Positions 14,007 to 27,913 of a stretch of DNA of 64,000 bases are shown here, in pieces. The stretch lies in the NCBI GenBank assembly GCA_013239625.1, contig MU054187.1, positions 19,625,929 to 19,689,928 on the forward strand. Direction: 5' to 3'. Position 1 is the stretch's first letter. Each line of letters starts with the position of its first letter. The DNA is from Lama guanicoe (taxonomy: Eukaryota). The notes beneath the pieces are model-generated. The model was not told the origin of the DNA. It saw nothing but the letters and a program-made list of their open reading frames with translations, and made no database searches. The position numbers and the translations under genes are program-made.

Positions 14007-14195
14007 CAGTGGTTCTCCATGTGGGGTCCCTGGATCAGTAGCATCGCCAACAACTGGGAACGTGTTAGAAATGCAAATTCTTGGGCCCCACCCCAGGTTT
14101 GCTGAATCAGAGACTCTGGGGAAGGGGCCCGGTCATCTGTGTTTTAACAAGCTCTCCAGGTGATTCTTATGCGTGCTCAAGTTTGAGAACCACTG
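14007..14195. mobile_element. MER5A-like hAT-Charlie DNA transposon
   Basis: TIRs cagtggttctc...gagaaccactg, ~189 bp, internal ttagaaatgcaaattct motif. Weaker MER5-like copies occur near 3385-3550, 13830-13990, 15470-15610, 23080-23230 and 46590-46755. Confidence 0.85.
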
Positions 14196-14209
14196 CCCAC
14201 ACTTAGATT

Positions 14210-15440
14210 CACTTCCAATGAGCAGAGTCTGGAAAGGGGAACATAGTAACTTTAGAAACCTGGTGAGCATCACTTTAACCATGTGATCAAGTTTAACATC
14301 CTCTGTGTTAAATATTGCAGATGTCATGTGTCCCCTGATACGATGCACTTCACCTCTGTGGTCTGTCTTCTTCCTAGACACCCATAACCCAAATCTCATC
14401 ATGAGAAAGCACCAGGCATGAAGGAAAACCGAGGGACATTCAACAAAATAATCTCCAAGACTGTCAAGGTCTTCTGGGTAAAGAAGTTGTGATATATTTA
14501 TATGAAGGAATACCACTCAGCCATAAAAAAGAAAAAATAATGCCATTTGCAACACCATGGATGAATCTGGAGATCATCATACTAAGTGGAGAAAGCCAGA
14601 AAGAGAAAGAAAAATACCATATGATATCACTCATATGTGGAATCTTAAAAAAAAAAAGGATACAATGAACTTATTTACAAAACAGAAACAGACTCACAGA
14701 CATTGAAAACAAACTTATGGTTACCAGCGGGGAAAAGGGGTGGGAAGGGTTAAATTGGGAGTTTGAGGTTTGCACATACTATTATATATAAAATAGGTAA
14801 ACAAGTTTCTTCTGTACAGCACAGGGAACCATATTCAGTATCTTGTAGTGACCCATAATGAAAAAGAATATGAAAGGGAATATATGTATGTGTATGGCTA
14901 GCTGAGACATTATGCTGTACACCAGACATTGACACAACATTGTAAGCTGACTATACTTCAATTAAAAAAATAATAATTGGACAAATAAAGAATGATAAAT
15001 AAAGGATTTTAACCTATTGAATATGAATCCATGAATCCAAACTGATGTAACTAAAAAAATAAAAAAAGTAAAAGGGGGAAAAAAAGACTATCAAGCCTTG
15101 AACAGCCAAGAAAAACTAAGGAGCTGTCACAGGCTGGAGGAAACTGAGGGGATGTGACAACTGAATGCAGCGTGGGACCCTGAACTGGATCCTGGAACAG
15201 AAAAGGACATTAAGGGGAGAACTGGAGAGAGCTGGATAAAGTCGCTAGCAGAGTCAGCAGTGTGGCACCAGTGCTGATTTCTTGGTTTTGACACACACAC
15301 ACCACAATGCAAGACGCGGACTTTAGGGAAGAGGGATGGTGAACAGGATATGCGGACACTCCATCTTATCTTCGCAACTTCTCTGTAAACCTAAAAACAC
15401 ACCCTAGATTTTAAAACATCCACGAAAATGAAAAATTAGA
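14210..15440 (+). mobile_element. Old L1MC-like 3' region interrupted by a younger L1 3' end (about 14470-15083)
   Basis: Younger insert is bounded by an imperfect TSD aagact[g/a]tcaag (14457-14468, 15084-15095); host motifs continue across the insert. Confidence 0.75.
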
Positions 15441-18009
15441 CCAAAAAAAAACTGATCCACAGAGCCACAATCTGTGCATCACCTGAGAGCTCGTTAGTAA
15501 TGAGGATGCTCAGAGCCCATTCCAGATCTGCGGAATCAGAATTTGCACTTTATTTCCCCCAAAGATCCTCAGGGTGATCATTTAATGTATAATAGCATTT
15601 GAAAAGCCGTGCTCTTTACTGTAAGCCTGGGATTTAGCATCAGCTCAACCTTGTCCAGGCCTGAAACATGCACCAGTTTTGATTATTGAGTTGCTGCCTA
15701 CTTTTTAAGACCCAAGCTCAGTTTTCAAGCCAATTGAGGTGGCTAAGCTCCTAAGCCACTCCCTGGGGCTCAGTCCTTACATGTTAACACTCCCTCAAAG
15801 GCTCAGACCCTATCTTTTGTTTGTAAGACATTTTTTTCCTTTGAAGACAAGAGTCTTACCTTTGATCCCTAAGTCTGCCTGGGACCTGCTACCTGCCACA
15901 GGCCCATTGCCTGGAATTTTACGTGCTGCCTCCTGGAAGCCTCCCATCCCACTGTCCCATGCATTTCCCATGCTGATCAGTGCTGGGATTTCCACTGACT
16001 GTAACTAGAAACTCAGATGTTGGACTCTGTTTGCCACACTTAGCCATGCCTGGAAATACCTAGAAATAGGATGGCCTGTAGAAAATGTGCTTCCCCAAAG
16101 CCCTCAACAAAAAGAGCAGGGCTTCCAGAGGCCCCACTGTTTACCCCCAAAAAGGTGGGGTTCAGCAGGATCTGGGACTGGAGGTAGTGGCTAGGGCCAC
16201 TAGAGCCCTAGGAATAACACTAGAGAGGTCAACAATTTCCTTTTTGCCCAAACTTTTTACTTTTGGGTCATTGATGTCTCAGAAGCAGGAACCTGATGAT
16301 TCCATAAAGACAGTCTGCTGATGGGGGTGTTATGAAATCCAGCTGGAGAGGTGAACATGGACCCTCACCCTGGACGTGCTGGCATTAATGGTCTTCTCTT
16401 GGGGGAAAGGATTGCAGTGAATTGCTGGAGGTTAAATTCAAGAGAAATTACTCTTAGAAGTATGCCTGGCCCAGGCTGCCATAAGGAGAGCAGGCTTCTT
16501 GTTTTTATAGAGAAACACTGGGCGCTCACCTTGGGGCGTCTTGGCAAGGCTCATTCTTGGGAGACACTGTGAATTGGACCATCGCACGGTGGGTTTTTTA
16601 GGGAAGGGGAGCAATAGCACCCAAACGATTTAAGAGCAGCTGAGGCAATCCAGCAATGACCTGAAGGTGAGAACCAACCTGATGAGCGGGGCGCGGGGAG
16701 AAGCCGATGGGATTCCACACCTCTCTGAGCCTCGGAAGAGCTCTGGGTGGGGCTGAATGTGTCCACGGGTCTGCAGGTGGGAGGCAGGGCATGGATAACC
16801 AACATGCAACTTGCTGGGGGTGCTGAGTGTGCTCAAGCTGCAGTAACCCAGAGACCCATATTTGCGCCAACACACCACACTCCACAAACGCACCAATTCC
16901 TAACCTTTTTGTATTATTTCTTTTAATTTCCACTTTTGAAAAACCCCAATCTTATTGCTGAAGAATGAAGAAGAGAAGAGATTGTCACACATTTTGATCA
17001 AGCTGGACAGGAGATGACTGTCTTTCACAACATCGGTGACCACAGCAATTGCACAAATTGTAGAAACGGGGGGAAGGGAGGGCTGTCTGGGACAGCGACC
17101 CTTTGCTGTGGTGGAGAAGCTAACCCTAGGTGGAAATTCACCCTAAGGTGAACAGGGTGGACTTCGGTGTCAATGCTAGGAAGAAAGTCCACTCTCTTAT
17201 CCAAGGCTTATGGAATAATCAACATTATCTCCAAATAAGATATTCAAGTTTAAAATTTTTGACACTTTAGAGTCTAAAAATTGCAATGAAATATCCATCC
17301 ATAAAATACAACTTTGTCGTGGAAGGAAAAGCATTGACATCTTGGGCCTTTAAATTCTGTTTAAAAGCATTGACATTTTGTGATTCTAAGTGTACGTGAG
17401 GGAACTAATTAGCTGTAGGCTAGGCGGTACGTGAGTCATTTATTCTTCTCATATTCATATCAACTGTGAAATCTAAAGTGAATGACGACATTCCAGGAAC
17501 AATTGCACATGATCGTTCTTCAGCAGGTTCGGGCAATGTGGAGGAGTTGTCACAAGGCAACACATCATCTCACGCTGTTTTAATGATGATGGCTCCACTG
17601 GGGAGGAACACAAGGGCAAAAACACAAGGGCAAAAGGACAAGTTTAGTGTCTGGGCTGTGTTTGAAGTCATAGCGAATAAAAAAAAAAGCAAATACTCTT
17701 TTGAAATGAATTGAGGGGATTAGTGGTAATGGATGAGGAATTATGTTTCAGGGACGTCTAAAAACAAACACCAATAATTTTGCAAAGCCATGAGATTTTT
17801 CATTCATCTATGGGTGGAGAAAATTATTTTCATTCTGATCAAAAATATGGGAAAACGCATAATACAGTGACTAGAATTAAATGAGCTAATTAACAGCGAG
17901 TACATCAGATAGGACAATGGGCAAGTAAAAGTTTTCTTTTTTCCCCACTGCTCAATAATTTCGGTTTACCTGGAATTGTTCTCTAATTGAAAGAATAAAT
18001 TCTGTTTAA

Positions 18010-18320
18010 AAAAATGAAGCACAGAAGAGCAAAAACTATACGATGCTACTTACATGAAGTATCTGAAGCAGTCAGAGCATAGAAACAGGGAGTAGAAAGG
18101 TGGCTGCCCAGGGCTGGGGGGAGGGGAGGGAGTTCCAGTGTCACAAGATGAAAAGATGGAAAAATTTAGAGGTCCGTGCACAACAATGTGAGTAGACCGA
18201 ACATCACTGACCTGTGCACTTAACAACGGTCACGATGGTCGATTCAATGTCAGGTGTAAATAACCATACGCTACAGGACGATATGTAAAATCACAATAAT
18301 AAATATATAAGCATTTTAAA
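18010..18320 (+). mobile_element. Old L1 (L1MB-like) 3'UTR
   Basis: agaaacagggagtagaaaggtggctgcccagggctggggg...tgtgcacttaacaacgg pattern. Confidence 0.7.
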
Positions 18321-18709
18321 ATAAAGTATATTCAGCAAGGACTTGTGTCACTGACAAGATGTGGGAGATGAGGTCAGAAATTAGTCTCCAGTGCCCTCTG
18401 AATGCTGGTACCGCGCAGGAAACGGGGCATACAGGGAGGGAAGCAGTTTTGTAGAAAGACAGGAGATAGGAGTTTCACTTAAGTAGGCAGGGTCTGTAGG
18501 ATAGCCAGTCTAACGTGTGCAACAGGAAGCTGGATATACAGATCTGGGGCCCAGGAAATAAAGATCTGGATCAGAAAAAAAACCAGAGACATAGTGATCT
18601 GTAGTGGGTGTGGTCGCTGTAGATGGGAGCGGAAAATAAGAGCAGCAGGTGCAGAGCTGTACAAAAACGAACATGTGAAAACCACCAGTGGGGTGACTGA
18701 GAAAGAGGG

Positions 18710-19310
18710 GTGTGTTAGTTTCCCAGGGGCCCTGTAACAAATCACCAGACGCTGGGCAGCTTGTAACAGCAGAAATGCGTTCCCTCACTGTTCTGGAGCC
18801 CTGGAATCTGAAATCGGGATGTCAGCTGGAACGTGCTCCCTCCAAAGGCTCTAGCAGAGCACCCTTTCTCGCTTCCCCAAACTTCCGGTGTCTCTGTGCG
18901 TTCCTTGGCTTGTGGCTGCGTCACTCCAATCTCTGCCTTGGTTTTCACATGGCCTTTTCCTCTGTCTGTCTGTCTTTTCTTCTTCTATATCTTATAAATA
19001 TATTCAATCTCTTGTAATAATCTTTAATGAAAAAGAATATGAAAATGAATATATGTGTATACATGCATGGCTGGGACATTGTGCTGTACACCAGAAACTG
19101 ACACATCATAACTGACTACATTTCAATTAAAACAAAAAGAGAAATTTGTTATTCAATTTACAGCCCACTTGACCATCTAGGATGATCTGGCCTTAAAATC
19201 CCTAACTACATCTGCAAAAACCCTTTTTCTACATGATACCACATTCCTAGGTTCCAGGGATTAGGGTGAGGGCGTATTTTGAGAGGAGCCACCATTCAAC
19301 CCACTATAGA
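18710..19310 (-). mobile_element. MLT1-type MaLR LTR interrupted by an L1 3' tail (about 18995-19140, + strand)
   Basis: tgtgttagtttcccaggggccctgtaacaaatcacca start and ccattcaacccactata end; embedded aaaaagaatatgaaaatgaatatatgtg L1 tail. Confidence 0.8.
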
Positions 19311-21287
19311 GATAAGGTCAGGAACTTGTAAGAACTATGGAAAAGGGTCTCTCTGTATGGGTTAGGCAATGAGAAAGCCTACAATTAAAAAAAAAAAAAG
19401 ACCTGCTTAGTTTTGTGTAACGTATCTTTCACCGAATGCATTTGGCACTCTCTTCTCCTAACGTAAATACAATTAGGTCCCAACCTTTGTGAAGTCCAGT
19501 GGGAGAGAAGCTTCTAATCAAAATGATTGCAATGTACTGTGTACCTGCCACAATAGAAAAATGTTCAAAGGATGATGGAGGCCCAATGAAAGGGAATTTT
19601 CTGCAGAATCAAAGAAAAGTCTACTAAGTGGAAACAAGCCACAAAAAAAAAAAAAAGTGGAGAGGGGGATGAATGCCAGGAAAGAGTTTTCATGATCAGT
19701 GGTTTAGAGGCCAAGAAGTGCTTATGGAGTGTTTAGGGAAAAGGGGAGGGATTGGGTGACTCTGGAGGGTAAGATTTAGGGCAGAAGTGAACAACAGGTT
19801 GCAGTAACAGCTTGGGGCTGTGTGCAGAAGATCTTTATCTTTACTTTATCATATTCCATTCAAATCAAGATCTGGAACATTAAAGGGAGTCCATATATGG
19901 GGAAAGAAAGAAGATTGCCAGTTACCATAAAATTTAAGGAGTCACTGGGGCTCTGTGAGTTTAGGCTGATAAACTGTGAACACAGGCTCTCCAGTGATAT
20001 GGGAAAGAAGCCTACTTTGGCACAGGTGGAGGCTAGAACAGGCAGAGGCATCAGAAGGATGCTGTTGCAGTAAGTCATGGGGGAAGTTGTTAAGAGCAGG
20101 GTAGCCGTGGGAATGAACACCACGTGGGATACAGGGAGGGGGCTCCCGCAGAGGCAAGAAGCCAAGATGATCTCTGGGCTTGTCAGCTGGGGAAAACGGA
20201 CCAAGAGGGACACAGCTGAGAGGAAGTGATGGCTGAGAAGGGACGTGGGGAAACAGAGTTCACAGCCCCTTATCCAAGATACCACATCTCAACAGCCCTG
20301 AAAAGCTAACATTAAAAAATATAAGTTTGGTGCAGCTTACTTGGTGGTGAGCCTGACCTGAGTTAACAGGAGGCCATTTGTAATCTCCACATACCTGCTT
20401 TAGGATGAAAAAGCACATTTTGCTGAAGAACTACTGTCTTTGATTATGGGGGGTTGCACCCACAATATACGGTACTTGCCCCATGTTACTTTTCATGGAC
20501 CCAATAAACATCTGAACCAGATATTTCTGATTTCAAGACCTAGGGTCCTGGATAAGCAATTTTGCCCCTATAATGAGTCCAGTGTGGAAGCTGCATTTGA
20601 GGAGGTCCAAATCAATTCACTCTCCTGTCGAGAGAAGGCATCCACAGACTACAGATGTTGGGGGGGAAAAAACATTTTCCAGCAAACTGTGATGATTTCT
20701 CTGTAGTGGGAATTTTAAATAAAATGTGAGAATAAGCCAGAAAAAAACAATCCTCCCCGTAGAAGTGTTCTTAATTATCTTTATCATATTGAAACAAATT
20801 GCACAGTCGGGCAAAAATTTAACGTCTAATGTGTATAGTGGCACCACATACAGATGAAAAGTTAACAAGTCCATGTCACATATTTCGTTATGTGTGTTTT
20901 ATGTTTCCACTTCAAAACTACCACTGAACCAGATGAGTCTAACACGAACAGCTGCCTGTCTTCACACGCCCTCCTTGACTCAGAACACTCGGGTTTCTTT
21001 TGAAGCCAGGCCCTCGAAATAACAGCAGTTTTCCGGAGGCTGTTTTAACTTGTTCAAACAGATTGACAAGAGTTATTTGTAAAAAAGCACTTGTTCCCTT
21101 AACATTTATTTTCTGAGAAATGTGAAGAGGAAAGAAAAAAAGTCAGCATTCCCAGGCTTTAGAGAGAAGAAAAGTAGAAGTTGAACAGTGAGCAACAATT
21201 TAGAACTACAAGTTGCCCTTTGCCAGCTCACAGAGTCCTGACACCTGGACCAGGTTGAATTTAACTTGGTAAATATGGAAAAGCATG

Positions 21288-21329
21288 TACACACATACAC
21301 ACACATGTACACACACACACACACACACC
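21288..21329. repeat. (CA)n microsatellite, imperfect
   Basis: Direct reading. Confidence 0.9.
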
Positions 21330-21367
21330 ATAGACAACTGGACGGACAACTTAAGAAGTGCAAACTA

Positions 21368-22285
21368 TGTCCATCAGCAGATGACTGCATAAAGAAGTTG
21401 TGGTATATTTATACAATGGAATACTACTCAGCCATAAAAAATAATAAAATAGTGTCATTTGCAGCAACATGGATGGACCTGGAGAATGTCATTCGAAGAG
21501 AAGTAAGCCAGAAAGAGAAAGAAAAATACCATATGATATTACTCATATGTGGAATCTGAAAAAACAAAATGACAACCAAATTTAATTACAAAACAGAAAC
21601 AGACTCACAGACATAGAAAACAAACTTATGGTGATTTGGAGGTGGGGAAGGGGGAGGGAAGGGATAAATTGGGAGTTTGAGATTTGCAAATACTAACTAC
21701 TATATATAAAATAGATAAACAACAAGTTTATACTGTATAACACAGGGAACTATATTCAGTATCTTGTAGTAACTTATGGCTAAAAAGAATATGAAAACGA
21801 ATATACGTATGTTCCTATATGACTGAAGTATTGTGATGCGCACCAGAAATTTACACATTGTATAAACTGACTATACTTCAATAAAAATACATATTTTTTT
21901 AAAAGTGCAAACTACTATGTATAAAATAAATAAGCTACAAGGATATATTGTGCAGCACCGGGAAATGTAGCCAATATTTTGTAATAACTATAAATGGAGT
22001 ATAACCTTTAAAAATTGCAAATCAAATTACTGTATACAAAATAGATAAACAACAAGGTCCTACTATATAGCATAGGGAACTATATGCAATAGCTTGTAAT
22101 AACCTATATTGAAAAAGAATATGAAAACAAATATATATGTATATCTGAATCACTATGCTTACACCAGAAACTTGCACAAGATTGTAAATCAACTATACTT
22201 CAATAAAAAACATCATGAATCACTGTGTTCTATACCTGAAACTTACATAAATGTGTAAGTCAGGCATAACTCAAGTAAAAAGAAT
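21368..22285 (+). mobile_element. Nested stack of L1 3' ends
   Basis: L1 at 21368-21902 with TSD aagtgcaaacta (21356-21367, 21903-21914); an older L1 tail continues from 21915 and is itself interrupted by another L1 tail at about 22025-22210. Confidence 0.85.
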
Positions 22286-23808
22286 CCATGTCATTAGGGA
22301 AAAAAAATGTGTTTCTCTCTCCCTTCCCTCCTTTCTCCCCTCCCCCATCAGTCTTCACACTACACGATGACCTTGAAGGTTGCTGGGATTCAACAAAACT
22401 CAAACGTGTTATTGCAACTAAGGTTTGGGGCCAGATGAGTTCATCTAATCACAGTCTAGTTTCTTGATTATTATGCATTAATTTTAATACACAAGAATGC
22501 ACATAAATTATAACTAACTGCTCTACTTTTTCATTCAGCAGGTACGAGCAGAAATATTACAGTGTAAATAGTTGCAACACATCCTGAGAGTAACACTACT
22601 GTCTGATCTCTCCCCCAAAGCAATGAAATCCAGGAAGCCAACAATTGAAATGGGACATGTGACTTTAATTTTGTATCTATTATTTAGTTTTTCGGAGGTC
22701 AGTCATTCACCCTCTACGCATTTCACACGCGCTTTCTTCTCGTGCTCAGCATTTCTGCCACTGTCAGAAGATGAGAACACACACTTTTGAAGGGAAGGCA
22801 GTTAATAGTTGAAAAACATCTACTCTGGGCCACATAACTTACATTGTCATCTAATTTATTCTCCAAAACCAGTCCTTCATATCATTATTGTTAACCCCAT
22901 TTCATAAAGATGGGAAACAGATTTAGAAATGAAAGAGCTTTTACAGAGCTCAGACAGTTAAAAAATGGTGAAAACCAGATAGGTTTCTTCCATCAAATAT
23001 TTATTTACTACTTACCAAGCATCTGGCATTGCCCTGGGATACACCATGATGCATGTCTTTCCACTGTAACGGTAGCCCTCAGCCCTGTTAGAGAACACAC
23101 TGGAATCACCTGTAGAGTTCTAAAACACACCAGTGCTGGTTTCTGCTCCTGGTAATTAAGTCAGAATCTCTGGCAGTGAAGCCTGAGCTTAAGGAATTTT
23201 TAAATTTCATCAAGTGATTCTGAAATACCTCCGAGAGAGAGAATCTTTTCATTTGTTAGACTATGCTGAATACAAAGCCACCACCCTCAAAAGACTTACG
23301 CTGCACGGAAGTTAGACAGAAGTGCATATGAATATAACACATTTGGAAAGCAATTTTGAGGCAATGCATTGGGGAATTTGAAATTGTGTGGTACATATTA
23401 AAAGTAAAGGACTTCACAAGGAATTCACTGTGAAGTTCTTTTTCCCTTATGAAAGGAAAAATTACGTTTGGAATTGGGGTGATGTTATGGACTGAATCGT
23501 GTCCTCCGTCAAATTTTTTCCAGGGGGCCACTTTTTCCTCATTCAGGGGCTGGTAAAGTAACCAACATGCCCTGCCTCCTTCACCGTTTATCATCCTCCA
23601 GCACGAAGCCAGCCCAAGTCCCTGGGGCTGAGAGGAAGAACTGGTCTGGAGCCACTATCTCAGCTCAGGTGGTCCTGGCCCACAGTCTGAATTTCCTCCC
23701 ACAGTCTGAGGAGGAATGAGGTCATGGCAAACACATTTGTATTCCTCTTTCTATGAATGACTTCTTCAATGACAATTTCCACTCTCAAAATACTAAAAAA
23801 GTAGTGGA

Positions 23809-23915
23809 GGGAGAGGTGGGTTTAGCTCAGTGGTAGAGCACATGCTTAGCAAGCACAAGGTCCTGGGTTCAATTTTCAGTACCTCCATTAAAAGAAAAAG
23901 AGGAAAAAAGAAAAA
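23809..23915 (+). mobile_element. tRNA-derived SINE (Vic-1-like)
   Basis: tagctcagtggtagagcacatgcttagc...ggtcctgggttcaat, followed by an A-rich tail. Confidence 0.9.
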
Positions 23916-25715
23916 GTAATGAGGAAAAACTTGGGCTTCAGGCTCAATTCTGACCAAGGGAATATTGTGGGCTAAAGAGGGAGTCACATGTTCCTTGGGA
24001 GTGAAAATATATTTATTTGTTTCCTATGCTGTGTGAGATATTGTCCTAGACCCTGGCTGCACAGGACAAGTCACACACAGCCTCGTCGTCCGAAAGCTGA
24101 CATTCTATTGGGTGGGGAACGAGGCAGTAAAACCAAAAGTTGGACAATTATCGCAGAATTTGGAAAACCTAGTTTTAACGATTTTGGAAAGTTTTTAAAA
24201 TGCAAAGTTCTAATGCCAGACAAGTGATTCCGACTTTCCTTTGCCTTTCTTTTTTTTTAATTAACAGTAAAATACTTGAAAATGGAAATCTGGTTTTAAA
24301 GTGAAAATTTATTCAGTGACTAAAAACTTCCATGGGAATGATGGGAAGAATATAGCGGCACAGGCTAGGTCTCCAACTTTTAAGGATTTTTTTTAAAGTC
24401 TTTCATATGTTTAGGGGATTTATCAAATTTTATTTTTATGTCTGTAAGTATTCTTTATTATTTAGTGTCAATTCAATTAAACCAACATTCTACACTATAG
24501 TTAAAATATAGCCATTCTGTTAAATTCTAGCTTGGATTAAATTTTAACATATAGTATTAATAGAAACTTTTAATAAGAGGACATGAAGCAAAATTAAAAG
24601 TATTCAGGAAAATAGTTTCACCCCTGGAAACACTTGAATAGAAAGTTAGTCTGAGTGACCAAAGATTTTAGATGTTCTATTAAAAAAAAAAAGTAAATTT
24701 GGGTTGTGGAAAATTGCTAAAACAAATTCTTGAATATAGTTTGTGAGTGTGTAGGAAATGAGACGATGATCTTTAGGAGATCACGGTATCTTAATAACAA
24801 ATCATAGTTTTTAATGAGCAGAATAAAACATGCTAAAACACAGTGCCTTGGTACTCTTAAGTCATTTCTCAAAATCTTTCACAATATCTGTGTTAATGGG
24901 ATTTTTTTAAAATCGTGTACGTAATACTATATAGTTAGTTTCATTCCTGGTTGCACAGTAACATAGACTAGTGGTTTGAGCAAAAGGTAGTAGGAACACT
25001 TCGTATCTACTCCTGTTTTCTTTGGCATTTCTATCAGCGATTTGAATGAAGAAATGGAAGGCATGTGATCAAAAATACCACCAATGCACAAAGGCTGCGG
25101 TAAAAGCTAATGTGTTTGAAAAGAAAGGTTAGATTAAAAACATTTTGATTGACTGGAACAATCGTAAAAGGCAGACCTTTCGGGCTACTGTGATAGAAAG
25201 TTCATTACTGTCGCTACCTTTCTCTTGGGTTTGCTGGGACCAGTATCCAGAACTAATTAAGCATCTATTTTTATACAATGTGCAGCACTGAGGAAAAATA
25301 ATAAGACAATAAGTGTTAGTCAAAAGATTAATTCTAAGGGCAAATGATAAATAGGATTTTGTTATTGTTGTTTGAATAAAAGTATAAAATTTTAGAGTAG
25401 GAAAAAAATCCCATAGAAATAATATAATTTAATTTTCCTCTTCAGATGCAAAAACTTCCTATAACATCCTAGAATGTGGCTATCAGCCTTTTCTTGAATT
25501 TATTCATGGCTATATCTCAGTATTTAAAACAATGCTTGGAACGTAGTTACTCAGAAAATACTTGCTGATTGAATTTTAAGGAAAGGAAATTCGCTCCTTT
25601 TCTAGTCACTGCATTTCGTTTCTAGAGGATACCAACTGCTGGAATGGTCTTCCTTACACTAAGTCAAACTAATTTTTCTGTAACTCCCTATTTATTAGAT
25701 AGAATTATGCTTTCC

Positions 25716-25883
25716 TGGGGTGAGGGTACAGCTCATTGGTAGAGTGCATGCCTAGCACGCACGAGGTCATGGGTTCGATCCCCAGTACCTCCAGTTGAAT
25801 TAAAAAACAGTAATAAATAAATAAACCTAGTTACCTCCCCCTGGAAAAACAAAACAAAACAAGCCCAAAGCCATTTAAAAAAA
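25716..25883 (+). mobile_element. tRNA-derived SINE (Vic-1-like) with 15 bp TSD
   Basis: TSD agaattatgctttcc at 25701-25715 and 25884-25898; A/B boxes; aaacctagttacctcccc tail. Confidence 0.93.
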
Positions 25884-25961
25884 AGAATTATGCTTTCCCA
25901 ATATGGACAAAAAGAAAAATCTAGTTGCCATCCAAATATTTTAAGACAGCTAATACTTCTT

Positions 25962-26647
25962 TTTTTTTAAGATTTTTTATTGATTTATAATCATTTTACA
26001 ATGTTGTGTCAAATTCCAGTGTTCAGCACAATTTTTCAGTCATTCATGGACATATACACACTCATTGTCACATTTTTTTCTCTGTGAGTTATCATAACAT
26101 TTTGTGTATATTTCCCTGTGCTATACAGTGTAATCTTGTTTATCTATTCCACAATTTTGAAATCCCAGTCTATCCCTTCCCACCCTCCACCCCCCTGGTA
26201 ACCACAAGTCCGTAGAATATATAAGCAGCTCATACGACTCAATAAGAAAAAAATAAACAACCCAATCCAAAAATGGGCAGAAGACCTAAACAAGCAATTC
26301 TCCAAGGAAGACATACAAATGATCAAAAAGCACATGAAAAAATGCTCAATATCACTAATTATCAGAGAAATGCAAATCAAAACTACAATGAGGTATCACC
26401 TCACACCAGTCAGAATGGCCGTCATTCAAAAATCCACAAATGACAAATGCTGGAGAGGCTGTGGAGAAAGGGGAACCCTCCTACACTGCTGGTGGGAATG
26501 CAGTTTGGTGCAGCCACTATGGAAAACAGTGTGGAGATTCCTCAAAAGACTAGGAATAGACTTACCATATGACCCAGGAATCCCACTCCTGGGCTTGTAT
26601 CCAGAAGGAACCCTACTTCAGGATGACACCTGCACCCCAATGTTCAT
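25962..26647 (-). mobile_element. Young 5'-inverted (twin-primed) L1 with 14 bp TSD
   Basis: TSD agctaatacttctt at 25948-25961 and 26648-26661; poly-T and antisense 3'UTR to about 26210, then a sense ORF2 segment at 26211-26650. Confidence 0.92.
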
Positions 26648-27913
26648 AGCTAATACTTCTTGAAGTCTGTTATTTTTTTAGGAAGAAGGTAATTCATTCC
26701 TGAGCCTTCTTTAACATGGTTTCCTATCCCGTGACGTTTTTAACATCTCTGAATATGCCTCAAATTTTCAAAGATTTTCTTAAAGTGTGGTGCCCTGAAT
26801 TCAACATGGCTATATAGATGGAAATTGATCTGAGCCCCGTTACACATTATTGTAAGATTAGATTAGCTTTCTGAAAGAAAGCTATAGAAGTAGCAGTTAG
26901 TTTACTTTAGTCTGGAATCAATTAAAATCTTTGTTTTCTCAAACTACAGGGAGGTCTTAGCTGACCTCTGGGTTAAAAACGTTAAGTTGGGTTTTTTTTC
27001 CCCCCCAAAATAGGATTATATTTTCCATTTGGTTTTCTACAGCAAGGCTTTTATTAGCCAAAGGATAAAATAAGACATTTATTATAAGAAAAATGGTTTA
27101 TGCTAACATCATTTATATTTGGTTTTTAAATCTCATCCTGGCCTAATCAGATAAACATTCCTTGTTCTCTGCTCTCAGTCCTGAGCCCTGAAAGCCACAC
27201 CCCGGTACCCACAGCTGAGGATCTGCCCAGCAGGAGGCCTGGGGAGTCAGCACGGGCCACTCAGCCGGGGGAGTCTGAGAAGCCAGGTGGGTGAGAGGCC
27301 ACTGGAGCACCCGGAACACAATTACCCGAGTTCCCTCTAGGCCAGATGGACAGCAGCACTGCATGAACAGCACTATTGGCGGGTAGAGAACTGGTTTCTG
27401 TGACCTGCGTCTGCTACTCTACCCAGTGTTCTGAAAAGGGGGGGCGGGATGCTAGATTCCTCCCCCAGAGAGGAGAGAGAGGAGGACCGGCCAGCCCAGC
27501 AGTAAGGACACTGAGGGTGCGCCCCTCTCAGCCCTCCTCACACATGGGGATGGATGGAGTATGGGGGAGAGGGGAGGGAGCCTCTCCCGCCCGTACCCGA
27601 GAGGGTGCACAGTGGCTGGAAGAAGGGTTCTGCCAACTCATCCTGCAGCTTGGGTTTTGAGCTACTTGAAGCTCTAAGAGGGGTAACAGTGGACGTTGGG
27701 AAAACCAGGTCCCCAGTTGCTGGAGGTCCCTTCCTTCACCTTCCCTGCAGCACACTGAGCCTGCCCCAGCCACGGCAGCCATGGCCACCCGAGACTCACC
27801 TGCCCCCAGGGGTCACACGGCCAAGGGATCTTTGGCATTTAAGCGGATAGAGGCTAAGTGAATGGTTACTGGGGAAGACAGAGGAAGAGGACCTTTGGTG
27901 GCATATGGAGCCT

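Noticed and set aside
15600..16900. Cluster of overlapping 60-110 aa ORFs in moderately GC-rich DNA
   Set aside because: No recognisable protein family or consistent frame; probably ancient repeat or neutral sequence.
17327..17376. 14 bp direct repeat aaaagcattgacat spaced by 22 bp
   Set aside because: Small local duplication or tiny TSD-flanked insert with no further structure.
23809..23890. tRNA genes here and at 13354, 25716, 29693, 30785 and 37260
   Set aside because: tRNA-like heads followed by A-rich tails, with a clear TSD in at least one copy and divergence among copies: these are SINEs.
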